IMG/VR virus record: IMGVR_UViG_3300037089_000131
Strand: one strand, 5' to 3'
Source of the DNA: a virus
Length of the DNA: 63,019 bases
A model generated the notes under the pieces. The model was not told the DNA's origin, did not search any database, and saw nothing but the letters and a program-made list of their open reading frames with translations. Positions within the stretch are counted from its first letter, which is position 1; every line of letters begins with the position of its first letter. This document shows, in pieces, positions 36,529 through 46,378 of the stretch. The position numbers and the translations under genes are program-made.

Positions 36529-36869
36529 TGTCTATCCCCAAGAGACTGGCCACGCTCGGCATGTCCATGATGCTGATGGTCATGATGGTAACCGCCAACG
36601 CCCAGCAAAGCCCGGAGAAGAAGTTCCCGGAGGACGCCAAGAAGACCGTCCCCGTGAAGAAGGCTGACCCCGCCAAGAAGCCGTCAGCACCCAAGCCAGC
36701 ACCAGCACCCAAGCCCGCCCCTCCGCCCCCCGTAGAGGTGAAGAAGGGCATCCCGGTCATCGTGCTGCCGGACGTGTCGGCCGATTCCTCCAGCATAGCG
36801 AAGCAGCATCCCGAGAAGCCCTTCCCGGAAGACCCCAAGACCAACAAGGATGCCGGGGGTAAGCACTAA
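36528..36869 (+). CDS. secreted Pro/Lys/Ala-rich low-complexity protein
   Basis: Signal peptide LATLGMSMMLMVMMVTANA followed by PKPAPAPKPAPPPP; ATAATG junction. Confidence 0.45.
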   Translation: MSIPKRLATLGMSMMLMVMMVTANAQQSPEKKFPEDAKKTVPVKKADPAKKPSAPKPAPAPKPAPPPPVEVKKGIPVIVLPDVSADSSSIAKQHPEKPFPEDPKTNKDAGGKH

Positions 36870-37354
36870 TGCCCCAGCCATCGTTCAGGGAGAGGATGAA
36901 GGGGTGGCTGGAGATTGTCCAAATCACCCTCACCATCATAGCCTTCCTGTCGGCGGGCTGGTGGTTCTACCGGCAGGGTCAAAACCGCCCCCGGCTCAAG
37001 GTGGAGCACCATATCTCCCACCATCGGCTCTCCAAGGACAAGCAGCTTCTCGTCGTGGATGTCACGCTGTCCAACGTCGGCAATGTGCCCCTCGACCTGA
37101 AGTGCGGCAAGATAAGGGTCTATGAGCTTATCCCTGATAAGAGGGTCATCGTCAACGGCGAGGACACCTGCAACGAGGAGGAGCGGATGCTGGAGCCGGG
37201 AGAGGACGACCATGTATCCGAGGAGTTCGACAGCTTGGACGGGGACGCCTCCACCGTGAGGGTCTATTCCTACTTCGAGAACCCGACCGCCAAGGGCGTC
37301 GGCTGGGACCTCGTGACCATCTACGACTTGGAGAGCGCCCGGAGGGACAAGTAG
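36869..37354 (+). CDS. membrane-anchored hypothetical protein
   Basis: N-terminal TM helix LEIVQITLTIIAFLSAGWWFY. Confidence 0.45.
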   Translation: MPQPSFRERMKGWLEIVQITLTIIAFLSAGWWFYRQGQNRPRLKVEHHISHHRLSKDKQLLVVDVTLSNVGNVPLDLKCGKIRVYELIPDKRVIVNGEDTCNEEERMLEPGEDDHVSEEFDSLDGDASTVRVYSYFENPTAKGVGWDLVTIYDLESARRDK

Positions 37355-37810
37355 ATGCTCTTCCGACTCACCGCAGCATTCCTAACCACGCCCATGGCGG
37401 AGGACTGGAAGGCTCGCCTGCGGGAGGCGCAGGGGGACGTGTTCGAGCGCCTGCCCGAGGCACGGAAACTCAGGGAGAAGCTCCTCTCCATAGGCGGTGA
37501 GGAAGTCAATGTCAGGGGAGTGCCGCCCTATGAGCTTGCACGCCTGGTCAAGCGGGGAGAGATGTGGCCGGGGAAGGGGAGCAAGTTCGTCAGGATGGAG
37601 CCTATCCGGTGCCACCAGAACAGCCTAGCCCTCTGGGAAGCCGGGAAGGGTGACATCGCCAACGGGTTTGCCCTGTCCCCTGACGGGCTATGGCGGGAGC
37701 ACTCATGGGTAGTCAGCGGGGATAGGGTCATAGAAACCACTGTGCGGAGGGTGGCATACTACGGTGCTAGGCTCTCCAAGGCCGAAATCATAGAGGAGTA
37801 CGAATACTAG
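37355..37810 (+). CDS. hypothetical protein
   Basis: 151 aa. Confidence 0.45.
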   Translation: MLFRLTAAFLTTPMAEDWKARLREAQGDVFERLPEARKLREKLLSIGGEEVNVRGVPPYELARLVKRGEMWPGKGSKFVRMEPIRCHQNSLALWEAGKGDIANGFALSPDGLWREHSWVVSGDRVIETTVRRVAYYGARLSKAEIIEEYEY

Positions 37811-38221
37811 ATGGTCTTCCAGTTCAAGGCTGCATTCCTCAAGTCCGCCGCCGTTATCTGGTCTAATGGCTGGATAACTCCCAAAGGTAGGTGGAAGGCT
37901 CTTGAGGATGGCGAGACGCACGCTATCGCCCTCCCAGAGCGATTACGGGTACTCTGGAACGAATGGGCGGGAGGAGACAACCAAGCAATCAAGGAAGGCT
38001 GGATTCGGGTCATTATGGAAGAGCCAGAGTGGAGCAGCAATAAGACCGGAAAGCGGATGGCCGATTTCAACTTTCAGACCTACGACACCAACACCCGGCA
38101 GCGGTTGCGCCGGGCTATCCTCAATCTGGACCCGGAGATTGAGATGGTGGGGCTGGATTGCGTGGAAGTGCCGGGATTCGAGACGCTGACCATTGAGGAT
38201 GCCTTGAAGAGGGTAGGGTAA
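37811..38221 (+). CDS. hypothetical protein
   Basis: 136 aa. Confidence 0.45.
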   Translation: MVFQFKAAFLKSAAVIWSNGWITPKGRWKALEDGETHAIALPERLRVLWNEWAGGDNQAIKEGWIRVIMEEPEWSSNKTGKRMADFNFQTYDTNTRQRLRRAILNLDPEIEMVGLDCVEVPGFETLTIEDALKRVG

Positions 38222-38360
38222 CAGCCCCTAAAACCAAATTCCACGACTACCAGTATTAGGGTAGGGGGCAGAAATCATGCGCCCAGCCGGTCGCCAGACT
38301 GGCCAACCAACCGACTTTAAGCTCGTGCAAGTCCCTAGTCGGTGGACTTAGAGGTGAACA

Positions 38361-39308
38361 GTGGTGTATAACCATCAATTTGTAGCATCCGTAAAAGTCA
38401 ATGGCAGCATCCTTCGTGAGAGCGCAGGTGCGGTCGCAATCCCCTTCGGCTCCGAGTACAGCCTCTACCTTAAGAACATGGCGTCCGTGCGTGCCATGGT
38501 CAAGGTGGAGATTGACAGCACCGACGTGACCGAGGGCACTTGGCTCGTCATCAACCCCAACAGCAACATGGACCTTGAGAGGTTCATCAAGAACGGCAAC
38601 TGGAACAGCGGCAACCGGTTCAAGTTCATCAAGCGAACCGGCAAGATAGAGGAGCACCGGGGCGTCAAGGCGGAGGACGGGCTGGTACGCATCGAGTACA
38701 AGTTCGAGAAGCAGCCCGACCCCGAGGTCCACACCCATCACTACGACCATTACCACTACAACTACGACCCCTACTACTGGCCATACCGCTATCCCTACTG
38801 GGGCACGACCTACACCCTCAACAGCAGCGTGAATAACAGTGGCGGGACGAGCGTCCTCCGCAGCAAGGGCGTCACCCGTGGGCTTAACCTGCGCCCGAGC
38901 GGCGGGATGAGCGGTCAGGCGTTCAGCCTGTCCAAGTCCGCCGACACCCTCGGGGAAACCAGCACCCACACGAGCGGGGCGCTCGGAGGCTCCGAGGTAA
39001 GCTGCTTCAACATGTCGTCCTCGGACAGCGTCAGCGCTGCCGGGTGCGAGTTCCGGGAGGCATCGCTTGACCCCGGAATCACCGTGGAGGGGAGCCGCAG
39101 CGACCAGCGGTTCACCGATGTCGGCTGGTTCCCGACCGAGGAGCAGTCCCACGTCATCGTCCTCAAGCTCGTCGGGGCGAAGGGCGGGAAGCAGGTCCTC
39201 CGGGCAGTCACGGTGAAGACCAAGACGAAGTGCCAGACCTGCGGTACCTCCAACAAGAGCGGGGTGAAGTTCTGCAAGGAGTGCGGGACCTCGCTTGAGA
39301 TAATCTAA
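38361..39308 (+). CDS. hypothetical protein with C-terminal Zn ribbon
   Basis: 315 aa; C-terminus CQTCGTSNKSGVKFCKECGTS. Confidence 0.5.
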   Translation: MVYNHQFVASVKVNGSILRESAGAVAIPFGSEYSLYLKNMASVRAMVKVEIDSTDVTEGTWLVINPNSNMDLERFIKNGNWNSGNRFKFIKRTGKIEEHRGVKAEDGLVRIEYKFEKQPDPEVHTHHYDHYHYNYDPYYWPYRYPYWGTTYTLNSSVNNSGGTSVLRSKGVTRGLNLRPSGGMSGQAFSLSKSADTLGETSTHTSGALGGSEVSCFNMSSSDSVSAAGCEFREASLDPGITVEGSRSDQRFTDVGWFPTEEQSHVIVLKLVGAKGGKQVLRAVTVKTKTKCQTCGTSNKSGVKFCKECGTSLEII

Positions 39309-39469
39309 CCAGCTTGGAGGGCTTGCGCTAGCGGCAGATGGTAAGCTGCTAAGCTAGAAACCGGTGACGCTCGATTCTGCTGGACACAGGTCCTCCGAGG
39401 TAACCCATATGCGGGATTATATCGCCATCCGGGCTTGATATAGTCCCGCATATCAGCAGGAGAACCATC

Positions 39470-39679
39470 ATGTACTTCTCACCCTTTCCCTATCCGTTCC
39501 CGTCGCCACGACCGCCCCGGCGATGCCCGTGGTGTCCCCCTCGACCCCCACGCTTGCCGCTGGCGGAGTGCAGCCTGCACAAGCCCCTGTGGATGGTCAT
39601 CCCTCCGGGCGGCGTCCACATCTCGTGCCCCGTGCATCCGAATGGCCATCACATCTTCGGTTCACAAGTGACATGGTAA
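39470..39679 (+). CDS. small Pro/Cys-rich hypothetical protein
   Basis: AGGAGA RBS 6 nt upstream; preceded by an 18-bp inverted repeat. Confidence 0.3.
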   Translation: MYFSPFPYPFPSPRPPRRCPWCPPRPPRLPLAECSLHKPLWMVIPPGGVHISCPVHPNGHHIFGSQVTW

Positions 39680-39695
39680 TCTAGTATTATCCCCC

Positions 39696-40157
39696 ATGGA
39701 CAAGTGGGACACCATCTATGACTCCCGCCAGCGCTTCTGTGTGGGGTACCTCTTCAGCCCCGACCTTACGAAGGTGGTGCTCATCCGAAAGAACCGCCCG
39801 GACTGGCAGGCAACCAAGCTCAACGGCGTGGGCGGCAAGCTACAAGACGGGGAGACCCCCCTCCGGGGCATGCAGCGTGAGTTCCTTGAGGAGACGGGGC
39901 TGGAGCACTGGGAATGGAAGCCCCTCGCCCGCCTGGAGTTCGAGAAGGCGGTGGTGTGGTTCTTCTGGGGGACAAGCTGCCTCTATGACCTCGTGGAGAC
40001 CAAGACCGACGAGCCGGTAGAGGTCTACAAGGTAGGATTGCTGGGGGCGCTTAACCTCGTCCCCAACTCCTGCTGGCTCATCCCCATGGCCATATCCTTC
40101 ACGAAGGGCGAGCGGGCGAACTGCTTCGTCGTCCATGAGGTCTACGATGCCGTATAA
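39696..40157 (+). CDS. NUDIX hydrolase
   Basis: Nudix box GGKLQDGETPLRGMQREFLEETGL (Gx5Ex7REUxEExGU). Confidence 0.75.
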   Translation: MDKWDTIYDSRQRFCVGYLFSPDLTKVVLIRKNRPDWQATKLNGVGGKLQDGETPLRGMQREFLEETGLEHWEWKPLARLEFEKAVVWFFWGTSCLYDLVETKTDEPVEVYKVGLLGALNLVPNSCWLIPMAISFTKGERANCFVVHEVYDAV

Positions 40158-40746
40158 GGAACGGACGGTGCTCCCCGAAGGAGACAGGCTCAGGGACTCC
40201 CCGGTCATGCTCGACAGTGAGGTGACCCGATACAACTTGGAGAGGTTCCTAATCAGCACCCAGGAAAAGCTCTCCAAGGGCGTATTGGACGAGGAGCTTG
40301 GCAAGGTCCCCCAGCTTCGGAGCAGCATGCGGATAAGCGTCGATTGGGACTATATCCTCAGGGGCATGATTCCCCGCCTTACCGGGTGGATTCTCCGGGA
40401 CGAGCACAAGCACAATGTCACCAAGACCATGAGCATCACCGTCCCCACCACCTGGTGGGAGATGCTGAAGCGTGACCACTTCCCGGAATGGTGGAAGAGG
40501 CGCTGGCCTGTTGTCGAGCACGCCCTGACCAAGGACTATGTCTTCGAGGAGGAGGTACGGGTCTGCCCGCACGCCAACGTGGCATGGCGGGAGCCGGACC
40601 ATATCGAGTTCCTCACGTTCCAGAGCAATCCCCCCCGTGAGCAGCCGGGAGTCTTGTGTCCCACCTGCGGAAAGGGACGGGACACGGACGGAGACGGGAA
40701 CTGTGCTTATTGCGGCCCCAAGTACCAGCAATTGAAAGAGGATTAA
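40135..40746 (+). CDS. hypothetical protein with C-terminal Zn ribbon
   Basis: CPTCGKGRD...CAYCGPK. Confidence 0.45.
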   Translation: MRSTMPYKERTVLPEGDRLRDSPVMLDSEVTRYNLERFLISTQEKLSKGVLDEELGKVPQLRSSMRISVDWDYILRGMIPRLTGWILRDEHKHNVTKTMSITVPTTWWEMLKRDHFPEWWKRRWPVVEHALTKDYVFEEEVRVCPHANVAWREPDHIEFLTFQSNPPREQPGVLCPTCGKGRDTDGDGNCAYCGPKYQQLKED

Positions 40747-40802
40747 GTCGCCGTTCGACGACACAGCAAGAAGGAGTCGCCGTTCGGCGACATGGAGGCA
40801 CC

Positions 40803-41084
40803 ATGAGCAAAGTCTTGGTATCATTCGAGCAGGATTATGGACGTATGGGCACGGTGGACGGATTGTTCGTAACCACGCAGGAGAAGATTGACGCTGCCAT
40901 CGGCAAGGAGGTCTACTTCGGCGAGATACTGGGGAAGCACAGCGAAATCTTCGGTCCTCTTAAGAAGGAGGACTTCACCGTGAAGTCCGATGACCAAAAA
41001 TTCATCGCTCAACTGCTCCAGATAATCGGAGCGGAGACTGTCTCCGGGTACAACCCGTTTGACTACCTTGAGGAGGGGTCGTGA
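40803..41084 (+). CDS. hypothetical protein
   Basis: Internal ATG with GGAGG RBS; 93 aa. Confidence 0.4.
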   Translation: MSKVLVSFEQDYGRMGTVDGLFVTTQEKIDAAIGKEVYFGEILGKHSEIFGPLKKEDFTVKSDDQKFIAQLLQIIGAETVSGYNPFDYLEEGS

Positions 41085-41554
41085 AGATAAAAGAGCTTGC
41101 AGAGCGCATCAAGAAGGTCAATCCCGAGGCGGAGTTCGAGGTCATCGTCCTAAACTACCCCCAGAAATTCTCATTGAGCTTCGGTGGCGGCGATGGCGGG
41201 ACAGTGGAGAACTGCGACTCTTGGGGTCCCATAGTGGACGAGGTGGAGCACTATTCAACCGGACCCAACGACCCATTCCCGGAGGGCGTGACCAAGGGAG
41301 CCGGAAGCGAGGCATCAGGCAACGAGGCAGCAGAAGCCCCCGCCGAGGACAAATTGCAGGCGGAGCCGGACTTCTTCCGGGACCTGATTGGCAAGACCTT
41401 AGACCAGGCCAAGGAAATCCTGGATGAGAACGGATTCACGGACTACGAGTTCGAGCCGGAAACATTCAGCCTTGAGGTTCGCTTCCTGACCCGAGGCGAG
41501 TGGCCGTCGCCGTGGATATCCCATATCGTAAGAATCGAATGCCGAAGGAGGTAA
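41081..41554 (+). CDS. hypothetical acidic protein
   Basis: GTGA overlap. Confidence 0.45.
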   Translation: MKIKELAERIKKVNPEAEFEVIVLNYPQKFSLSFGGGDGGTVENCDSWGPIVDEVEHYSTGPNDPFPEGVTKGAGSEASGNEAAEAPAEDKLQAEPDFFRDLIGKTLDQAKEILDENGFTDYEFEPETFSLEVRFLTRGEWPSPWISHIVRIECRRR

Positions 41555-41555
41555 G

Positions 41556-42380
41556 ATGGAGTTCGTAAAACCGCAGGTCTACCACGTGGCGTCCACCCGC
41601 TGCCACAGCGATGCCATCATGGCATACCTAAAGGACATCGGTGCCGAGGAGTGGAGGACGGACCCCACCTCCGACGCCGAGTTGCTGCTGGAGGTCGCCG
41701 GGCGGGCGTGCTACCGGTCCTTCAAGGAAGGGCTTAACGCCAATGTGACCAAGGTCAGGGAGGGCAACGCCCTCTACCTCGGGAACATCCTGAACTCCAA
41801 GCACGGCAGCGTCCTTGAGCACGCCTACGACACCTACATCTTCCACAACATCAGCCGGGTGTTCACCCACGAGCTTGTCCGCCACCGGGCGGGCTGCGCC
41901 TACTCGCAGGAGAGCCTGCGCTTCGTGCGCCTCGACGAGCTACGGACATGGTACCCGACCATCCTCACCGACCTCCCGAACGGGGCATGGCCGGATGATA
42001 TGTCGAGGAACGACGCCCACCTGTGGCTCCAGAACAAGTGGCTGGAGGTCATCACCTACCTGGAGGGCGTGCAGAAGGAGACAGCGGCATTCTTCAACCT
42101 TGACCGCCTGCCCTTCGACCTGAAGAAGAAGCTGACCAGCGTCATGCGGCGGTGGGCACCGCTAGGATTGGCCACCACCATCATGATGACGGGCAACCAC
42201 CGGGTCTGGAGGCACCTCATCACCATGCGCACCAGCCGCCATGCCGAGGAGGAAATCCGCTTGGTGTTCAACCAAGTGTACAAGGAGCAGAAGACCTGCT
42301 ACCCGAGCCTCTATCAGGATGCCAAGGAAACCTTGGTGGACGGAATGCTGGAAATAACATTCGAGAACGAGAAGGTGTGA
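41556..42380 (+). CDS. thyX: FAD-dependent thymidylate synthase ThyX
   Basis: ThyX signature FTHELVRHRAGCAYSQES (RHRx7-8S) plus MTGNHRVWRHLITMR. Confidence 0.85.
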   Translation: MEFVKPQVYHVASTRCHSDAIMAYLKDIGAEEWRTDPTSDAELLLEVAGRACYRSFKEGLNANVTKVREGNALYLGNILNSKHGSVLEHAYDTYIFHNISRVFTHELVRHRAGCAYSQESLRFVRLDELRTWYPTILTDLPNGAWPDDMSRNDAHLWLQNKWLEVITYLEGVQKETAAFFNLDRLPFDLKKKLTSVMRRWAPLGLATTIMMTGNHRVWRHLITMRTSRHAEEEIRLVFNQVYKEQKTCYPSLYQDAKETLVDGMLEITFENEKV

Positions 42381-42381
42381 T

Positions 42382-42645
42382 ATGCAGATAGGGGCAGCAG
42401 AAAGAGTACTGGGGTTGTTCATCCCCCAAGTGGGTCCTAAAGCCTTGGTGCATCGCTGGGGGGACATTGAACGAGTCATTGACCGAGAGAGGGTGCTTGC
42501 CCGGCTGGACGAACGCAAAAAGGCAGCCTTCCACACGCCTGATAAGGGATGCACCTGCTTCCATTGTAGGCGCTATTACAAGCTGGCAAGAAGGCTGAGA
42601 AAGCAAGTGTTTGGTGGTATTCCACTTGAGCGAAAAGTGGTCTAA
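42382..42645 (+). CDS. hypothetical protein
   Basis: 87 aa; CTCFHC. Confidence 0.35.
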   Translation: MQIGAAERVLGLFIPQVGPKALVHRWGDIERVIDRERVLARLDERKKAAFHTPDKGCTCFHCRRYYKLARRLRKQVFGGIPLERKVV

Positions 42646-42693
42646 AGGCCCAAGTACATTTGACTATACAACCTTTATAGAGGGAGTATAGGG

Positions 42694-43347
42694 ATGGATT
42701 ACCAAAAAATTTACTATCAGCTTATAGACAAAGCTAAAAACAACCTTCTTCAGCCTGATGGATATTATGAATTTCACCACATACTCCCTCAATCCTTGGG
42801 TGGTGACTCCAAAAAAGACAACTTGGTCCAATTAACTGGCAAGCAACATTTCGTGGCACATCGTCTTCTAGCTAAGTTTACCGAAGGCAGAAACCGATGT
42901 AAGATGCTTCTAGCTTTGCATAGGTTCCTGCACAGTAAGAACTGTGAATTTCGTATAAATTCCAGAGAATATGAGTACATACGGCAGCAAGCCGCCATCG
43001 CTATAAGCATCCTGAACACAGGTAGGCAGTTTTCCGACAAGGCAAGAGAGAACATGTCCGCAGCACAACGAGAAAGATACTTGTCTGTTCCTACCCATTG
43101 GAGGGGAAGACATCATAGTAACAAGACTAAGAAAAAGATGCAGAAAGTTCAGGGCGGAGTACATAATCCCCAGTTTGGAAAGCCACGGACAGAGGATGAA
43201 AAACGGAGAATATCCGTAGCACTGAGAGGAAGAAAACTGTCTCCTGAACAGGTATTAGAAAGGTATGCTCGGCGTCATAGCACTGAAACAAAGCAGAAGA
43301 TTGGTCAAAGTATAAAGGAGTGGCATGTTAAGCGAAAAATGGGATAG
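42694..43347 (+). CDS. HNH homing endonuclease with NUMOD-like repeats
   Basis: YEFHHILPQSLGGDSKKDNLVQLTGKQHFVAHR core followed by C-terminal basic repeats. Confidence 0.75.
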   Translation: MDYQKIYYQLIDKAKNNLLQPDGYYEFHHILPQSLGGDSKKDNLVQLTGKQHFVAHRLLAKFTEGRNRCKMLLALHRFLHSKNCEFRINSREYEYIRQQAAIAISILNTGRQFSDKARENMSAAQRERYLSVPTHWRGRHHSNKTKKKMQKVQGGVHNPQFGKPRTEDEKRRISVALRGRKLSPEQVLERYARRHSTETKQKIGQSIKEWHVKRKMG

Positions 43348-43804
43348 GCGTTTCCTGGAACTTGCAGCGCATATAGCATCGTGGTCACGTGACCCAAGCA
43401 CTAAAACAGGGGCGGTAATCGTCCGCCCGAACAAGTCGGTCGTCGGCGTGGGCTTCAACGGCTTTCCGGTGGGGGCCAAGGATGACCCGGCGCTATACGC
43501 CGACCGGACGTACAAGTACGACCATGTGGTCCACTGCGAGATAAACGCCCTGCTCTTCGCCAACGAGGCGGTGAACGGGTGCTGCCTCTACACTTGGCCA
43601 TTTGCCTCGTGCATCCGCTGCGCCGTGCAGATGGTGCAGGCGGGCATCGCATTCTTCGTGTTCCCGCACCCGAGCGCCGACGCCCTGACCCGCTGGGCAG
43701 CCTCCTTCGACGCCACGAAGGGCTTCCTTGACGAATGCCATGTGCCTTGGCTGGAAATCGGCAACGCCGAGGACTACCGGATGATTCCTGCCAAGTTAGG
43801 ATAA
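43325..43804 (+). CDS. dCMP (deoxycytidylate) deaminase
   Basis: Zn-binding HCEINAL (H-x-E) and ASCIRCA (C-x-x-C). Confidence 0.8.
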   Translation: MLSEKWDRRFLELAAHIASWSRDPSTKTGAVIVRPNKSVVGVGFNGFPVGAKDDPALYADRTYKYDHVVHCEINALLFANEAVNGCCLYTWPFASCIRCAVQMVQAGIAFFVFPHPSADALTRWAASFDATKGFLDECHVPWLEIGNAEDYRMIPAKLG

Positions 43805-43806
43805 GC

Positions 43807-44379
43807 ATGATAGCCAACGAAACCATATCCGACAGACCGTTTGAAGAGCGGCTTGACCATGGGAAGACCACGGAGCATGAAATCACTGTCAAGCTCAGAG
43901 ATAAGGGCCGTAGCGTCACAAAGGCTACTCCCGAGCAAGACAGGACTGAGGGAATCGACGCCTTCGTGAACAGTAAACCCACACAGTACAAGGGTCGGGA
44001 GAGCAGGTCAGGAAACCACATACCATTGGAGGTATGCAAGCACTTCCATGGCAGGTTCTACCTAGACTTGGAGTGGGGTCGGGACTATACCAGCAGGGCC
44101 GAACTCTACCTATGCCTCACTGGTCACAGGCTATGGGAGATGAAGAAGTACGACATGATGAACCTCGTCAACCCGTTGCTAGAAATCTACATGAAGAGAT
44201 GCTCCGAGGATGAACGTCCTGAAGAGGAACGCTTCCCCGAGACCTTTGAAGACCCGATGGTAAGGGGCGTGCAGCTACAGTGGACCAACGACCTAAAAGA
44301 CGGGCATCGCAAGCTCCTAGCCTACTTAGACCCAAAGAGGGTAGGAGCAGAACTCATCTGGACGGACCAGGAGACATAA
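43807..44379 (+). CDS. hypothetical protein
   Basis: 190 aa. Confidence 0.45.
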   Translation: MIANETISDRPFEERLDHGKTTEHEITVKLRDKGRSVTKATPEQDRTEGIDAFVNSKPTQYKGRESRSGNHIPLEVCKHFHGRFYLDLEWGRDYTSRAELYLCLTGHRLWEMKKYDMMNLVNPLLEIYMKRCSEDERPEEERFPETFEDPMVRGVQLQWTNDLKDGHRKLLAYLDPKRVGAELIWTDQET

Positions 44380-44624
44380 TGACCAGAGCAAGGGTTAGCC
44401 TCAGCGAGGCCACCATCACGAAGATATCCAACGGGGAGGTCGTCACCATCCGGGTGGGCGAGCTTGTCGAGATTGAGGTCACCAAGAAGGCTACCCCCGG
44501 AGCCTCGGAGATACACCCCAACCCCAAGACGGGCAAGGACTTGATTGACAGCATCTTCGGTGACAGGGGAGAAGCATTCAAGGACCTATTCGACGGAATC
44601 TTCGGGGAGAAAAAGCCCAAGTAA
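44379..44624 (+). CDS. hypothetical protein
   Basis: TAATG junction; 81 aa. Confidence 0.4.
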   Translation: MTRARVSLSEATITKISNGEVVTIRVGELVEIEVTKKATPGASEIHPNPKTGKDLIDSIFGDRGEAFKDLFDGIFGEKKPK

Positions 44625-44656
44625 AGGTATTCCCATCCCCTTTATAGGGGGAAGCC

Positions 44657-45316
44657 ATGGATTACTACGAGGTTGACGAGAAGCGGATGCTCATCCTGAT
44701 GGACGGGCTGAACATGATTGAGCGGCTCAACGCCGAGAAGGCGGCGGAGCTTAACCTCTACCTCTATGGCGTGGTAAACGACCCCAGTATCCTCGGTGCG
44801 GCCAAGGATACCATCATGGAGAACCTTCAGGAGTTCTGGAACGAGGACGGGGAGACTACCCTGCGGGAAGAGTACTTGGCCCTCACCGAGATAGGGGTAT
44901 CCATCCAGCTTTCCTCCGACACCATCTACACCCTGTTCACTCATCACGGCATGGAGGTCAAGGGGATTGAGTTCGCCTATGTCTCCATCGACGAAAAAGG
45001 AGAGGGCGTCAGGGACGAGCACTTTCTCGATGACTATCTCGGGCGCAGGCGGGTGACGTTCGGTCTCCTCAGCCACCCGGTCCTTGCCGAGGAAAGCTAC
45101 CACCTCAAGGGTTATATGGCCAAGTACAAGAGTGGCCAGCCATTGGCGGTGAACAAGAAGATTGAGCGAGAAGGACCAGCCACCCTGCCCGCCGCCGAGG
45201 CACCGGCCGAACCGCCGCAGGCAGCGCCCCAGCCTCCCCCGACCGGGATGCCCCGTGAGGGCAGCGTGCGGGAAATCAGAGACGTTGTGGAGAGCTTCCT
45301 TGACCGTAGACGCTAA
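44657..45316 (+). CDS. hypothetical protein
   Basis: 219 aa. Confidence 0.5.
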   Translation: MDYYEVDEKRMLILMDGLNMIERLNAEKAAELNLYLYGVVNDPSILGAAKDTIMENLQEFWNEDGETTLREEYLALTEIGVSIQLSSDTIYTLFTHHGMEVKGIEFAYVSIDEKGEGVRDEHFLDDYLGRRRVTFGLLSHPVLAEESYHLKGYMAKYKSGQPLAVNKKIEREGPATLPAAEAPAEPPQAAPQPPPTGMPREGSVREIRDVVESFLDRRR

Positions 45317-45371
45317 GATTCCCGATACCGCAATCGGCGTGGCTTCCGCCCTGCCTGGGCATATCAAGGTG

Positions 45372-45620
45372 ATGCTCCGCTACCTCACCAAGGAGCCTAA
45401 GCACCTGAGGAGCACGCTCTTGTTGCAGACCGGGGTGGAGGCACCGTTCATAGAAGAGGCTTGCGTTCTCATCCCCCACATGAAGGTGTTCCCCATGATT
45501 GAGTGCTTTCTTCCCGCATTCGAGACCCTGAAGGACCAGGAAATCATCCAGAAGGACGCTGAGCTACAGAGCTTCAAGATTCTCGACCGTGACTATCTGA
45601 CCCTATCCTACGTCCTGTAA
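45372..45620 (+). CDS. hypothetical protein
   Basis: First ATG downstream of the previous stop in the 45162 frame; start uncertain. Confidence 0.3.
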   Translation: MLRYLTKEPKHLRSTLLLQTGVEAPFIEEACVLIPHMKVFPMIECFLPAFETLKDQEIIQKDAELQSFKILDRDYLTLSYVL

Positions 45621-45661
45621 AATTTTCCATAAAAATCGGTATTTCACCACTTGGAGGTTCC

Positions 45662-45904
45662 ATGGACTACGAGGGGAAGACCAAGTGTGGGCACGGGAAG
45701 CCGAGCGCTAGCTGTTCCGGGTACAGGCACATAACCTGCCCGGAGTGCGGTAGGCTTGTCTGCGCAGGCTGTGACAGCATGGACCCGGAATCTCCCGTGC
45801 CCGAGACTATCCCGTACCATGCATGCCCGGCATGCCAAGGAACAGGTCGTATCCCCGTCACCAAGGAGGAACCCGATGCCTCTAAAGAAGAACTCTGTGC
45901 TTGA
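45662..45904 (+). CDS. Cys-rich Zn-binding protein
   Basis: CGHG..C..CPECG..CAGC...CPACQGTG. Confidence 0.4.
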   Translation: MDYEGKTKCGHGKPSASCSGYRHITCPECGRLVCAGCDSMDPESPVPETIPYHACPACQGTGRIPVTKEEPDASKEELCA

Positions 45905-46115
45905 TTGCTCCCGCCTCTCCTATCTGGATATGGCCAATGTTGTCCGGGCTGTGCGGAAAGAGGTCAAGAGGCGGAACTCCCTTTTTGTGAATGCCTACGT
46001 TGAAAGTCTCGACGCCGCCGTAGCAGACTTGGAAGAAATCAGTGCGGGAGAGATTGCCAACTTCACCAGCGAATCTGGACCACGAGAAAAAGCCCCGGCT
46101 AAGAGAAAGAGGTAG
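45876..46115 (+). CDS. hypothetical protein
   Basis: Strong AAGGAGGA RBS before the internal ATG of the 45756 track ORF. Confidence 0.4.
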   Translation: MPLKKNSVLDCSRLSYLDMANVVRAVRKEVKRRNSLFVNAYVESLDAAVADLEEISAGEIANFTSESGPREKAPAKRKR

Positions 46116-46117
46116 CC

Positions 46118-46378
46118 ATGGATGCCACGATTGCCCTCATCGGGGGGTTTGTAGTATTCTTCCTCGGTCTGTTCTCCATGATGTGCATCACCACATGGAT
46201 AGAACGCCGGGATGACGAGCAAAACCGCCAGCATACGCTGGAGATGGCCAAACTCGGTCTGGTCTGGGACGACGACAACGAAAGGTGGGTGCCAATTGGG
46301 ACGGGAAAAGAACGCACTGACATCGAGGATGAAGAACAACTACGAACTGAGGTGCCGCAGGTTCCTCCCGAGGCGTAG
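46118..46378 (+). CDS. small membrane protein
   Basis: Hydrophobic N-terminus LIGGFVVFFLGLFSMMCITTW. Confidence 0.4.
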   Translation: MDATIALIGGFVVFFLGLFSMMCITTWIERRDDEQNRQHTLEMAKLGLVWDDDNERWVPIGTGKERTDIEDEEQLRTEVPQVPPEA

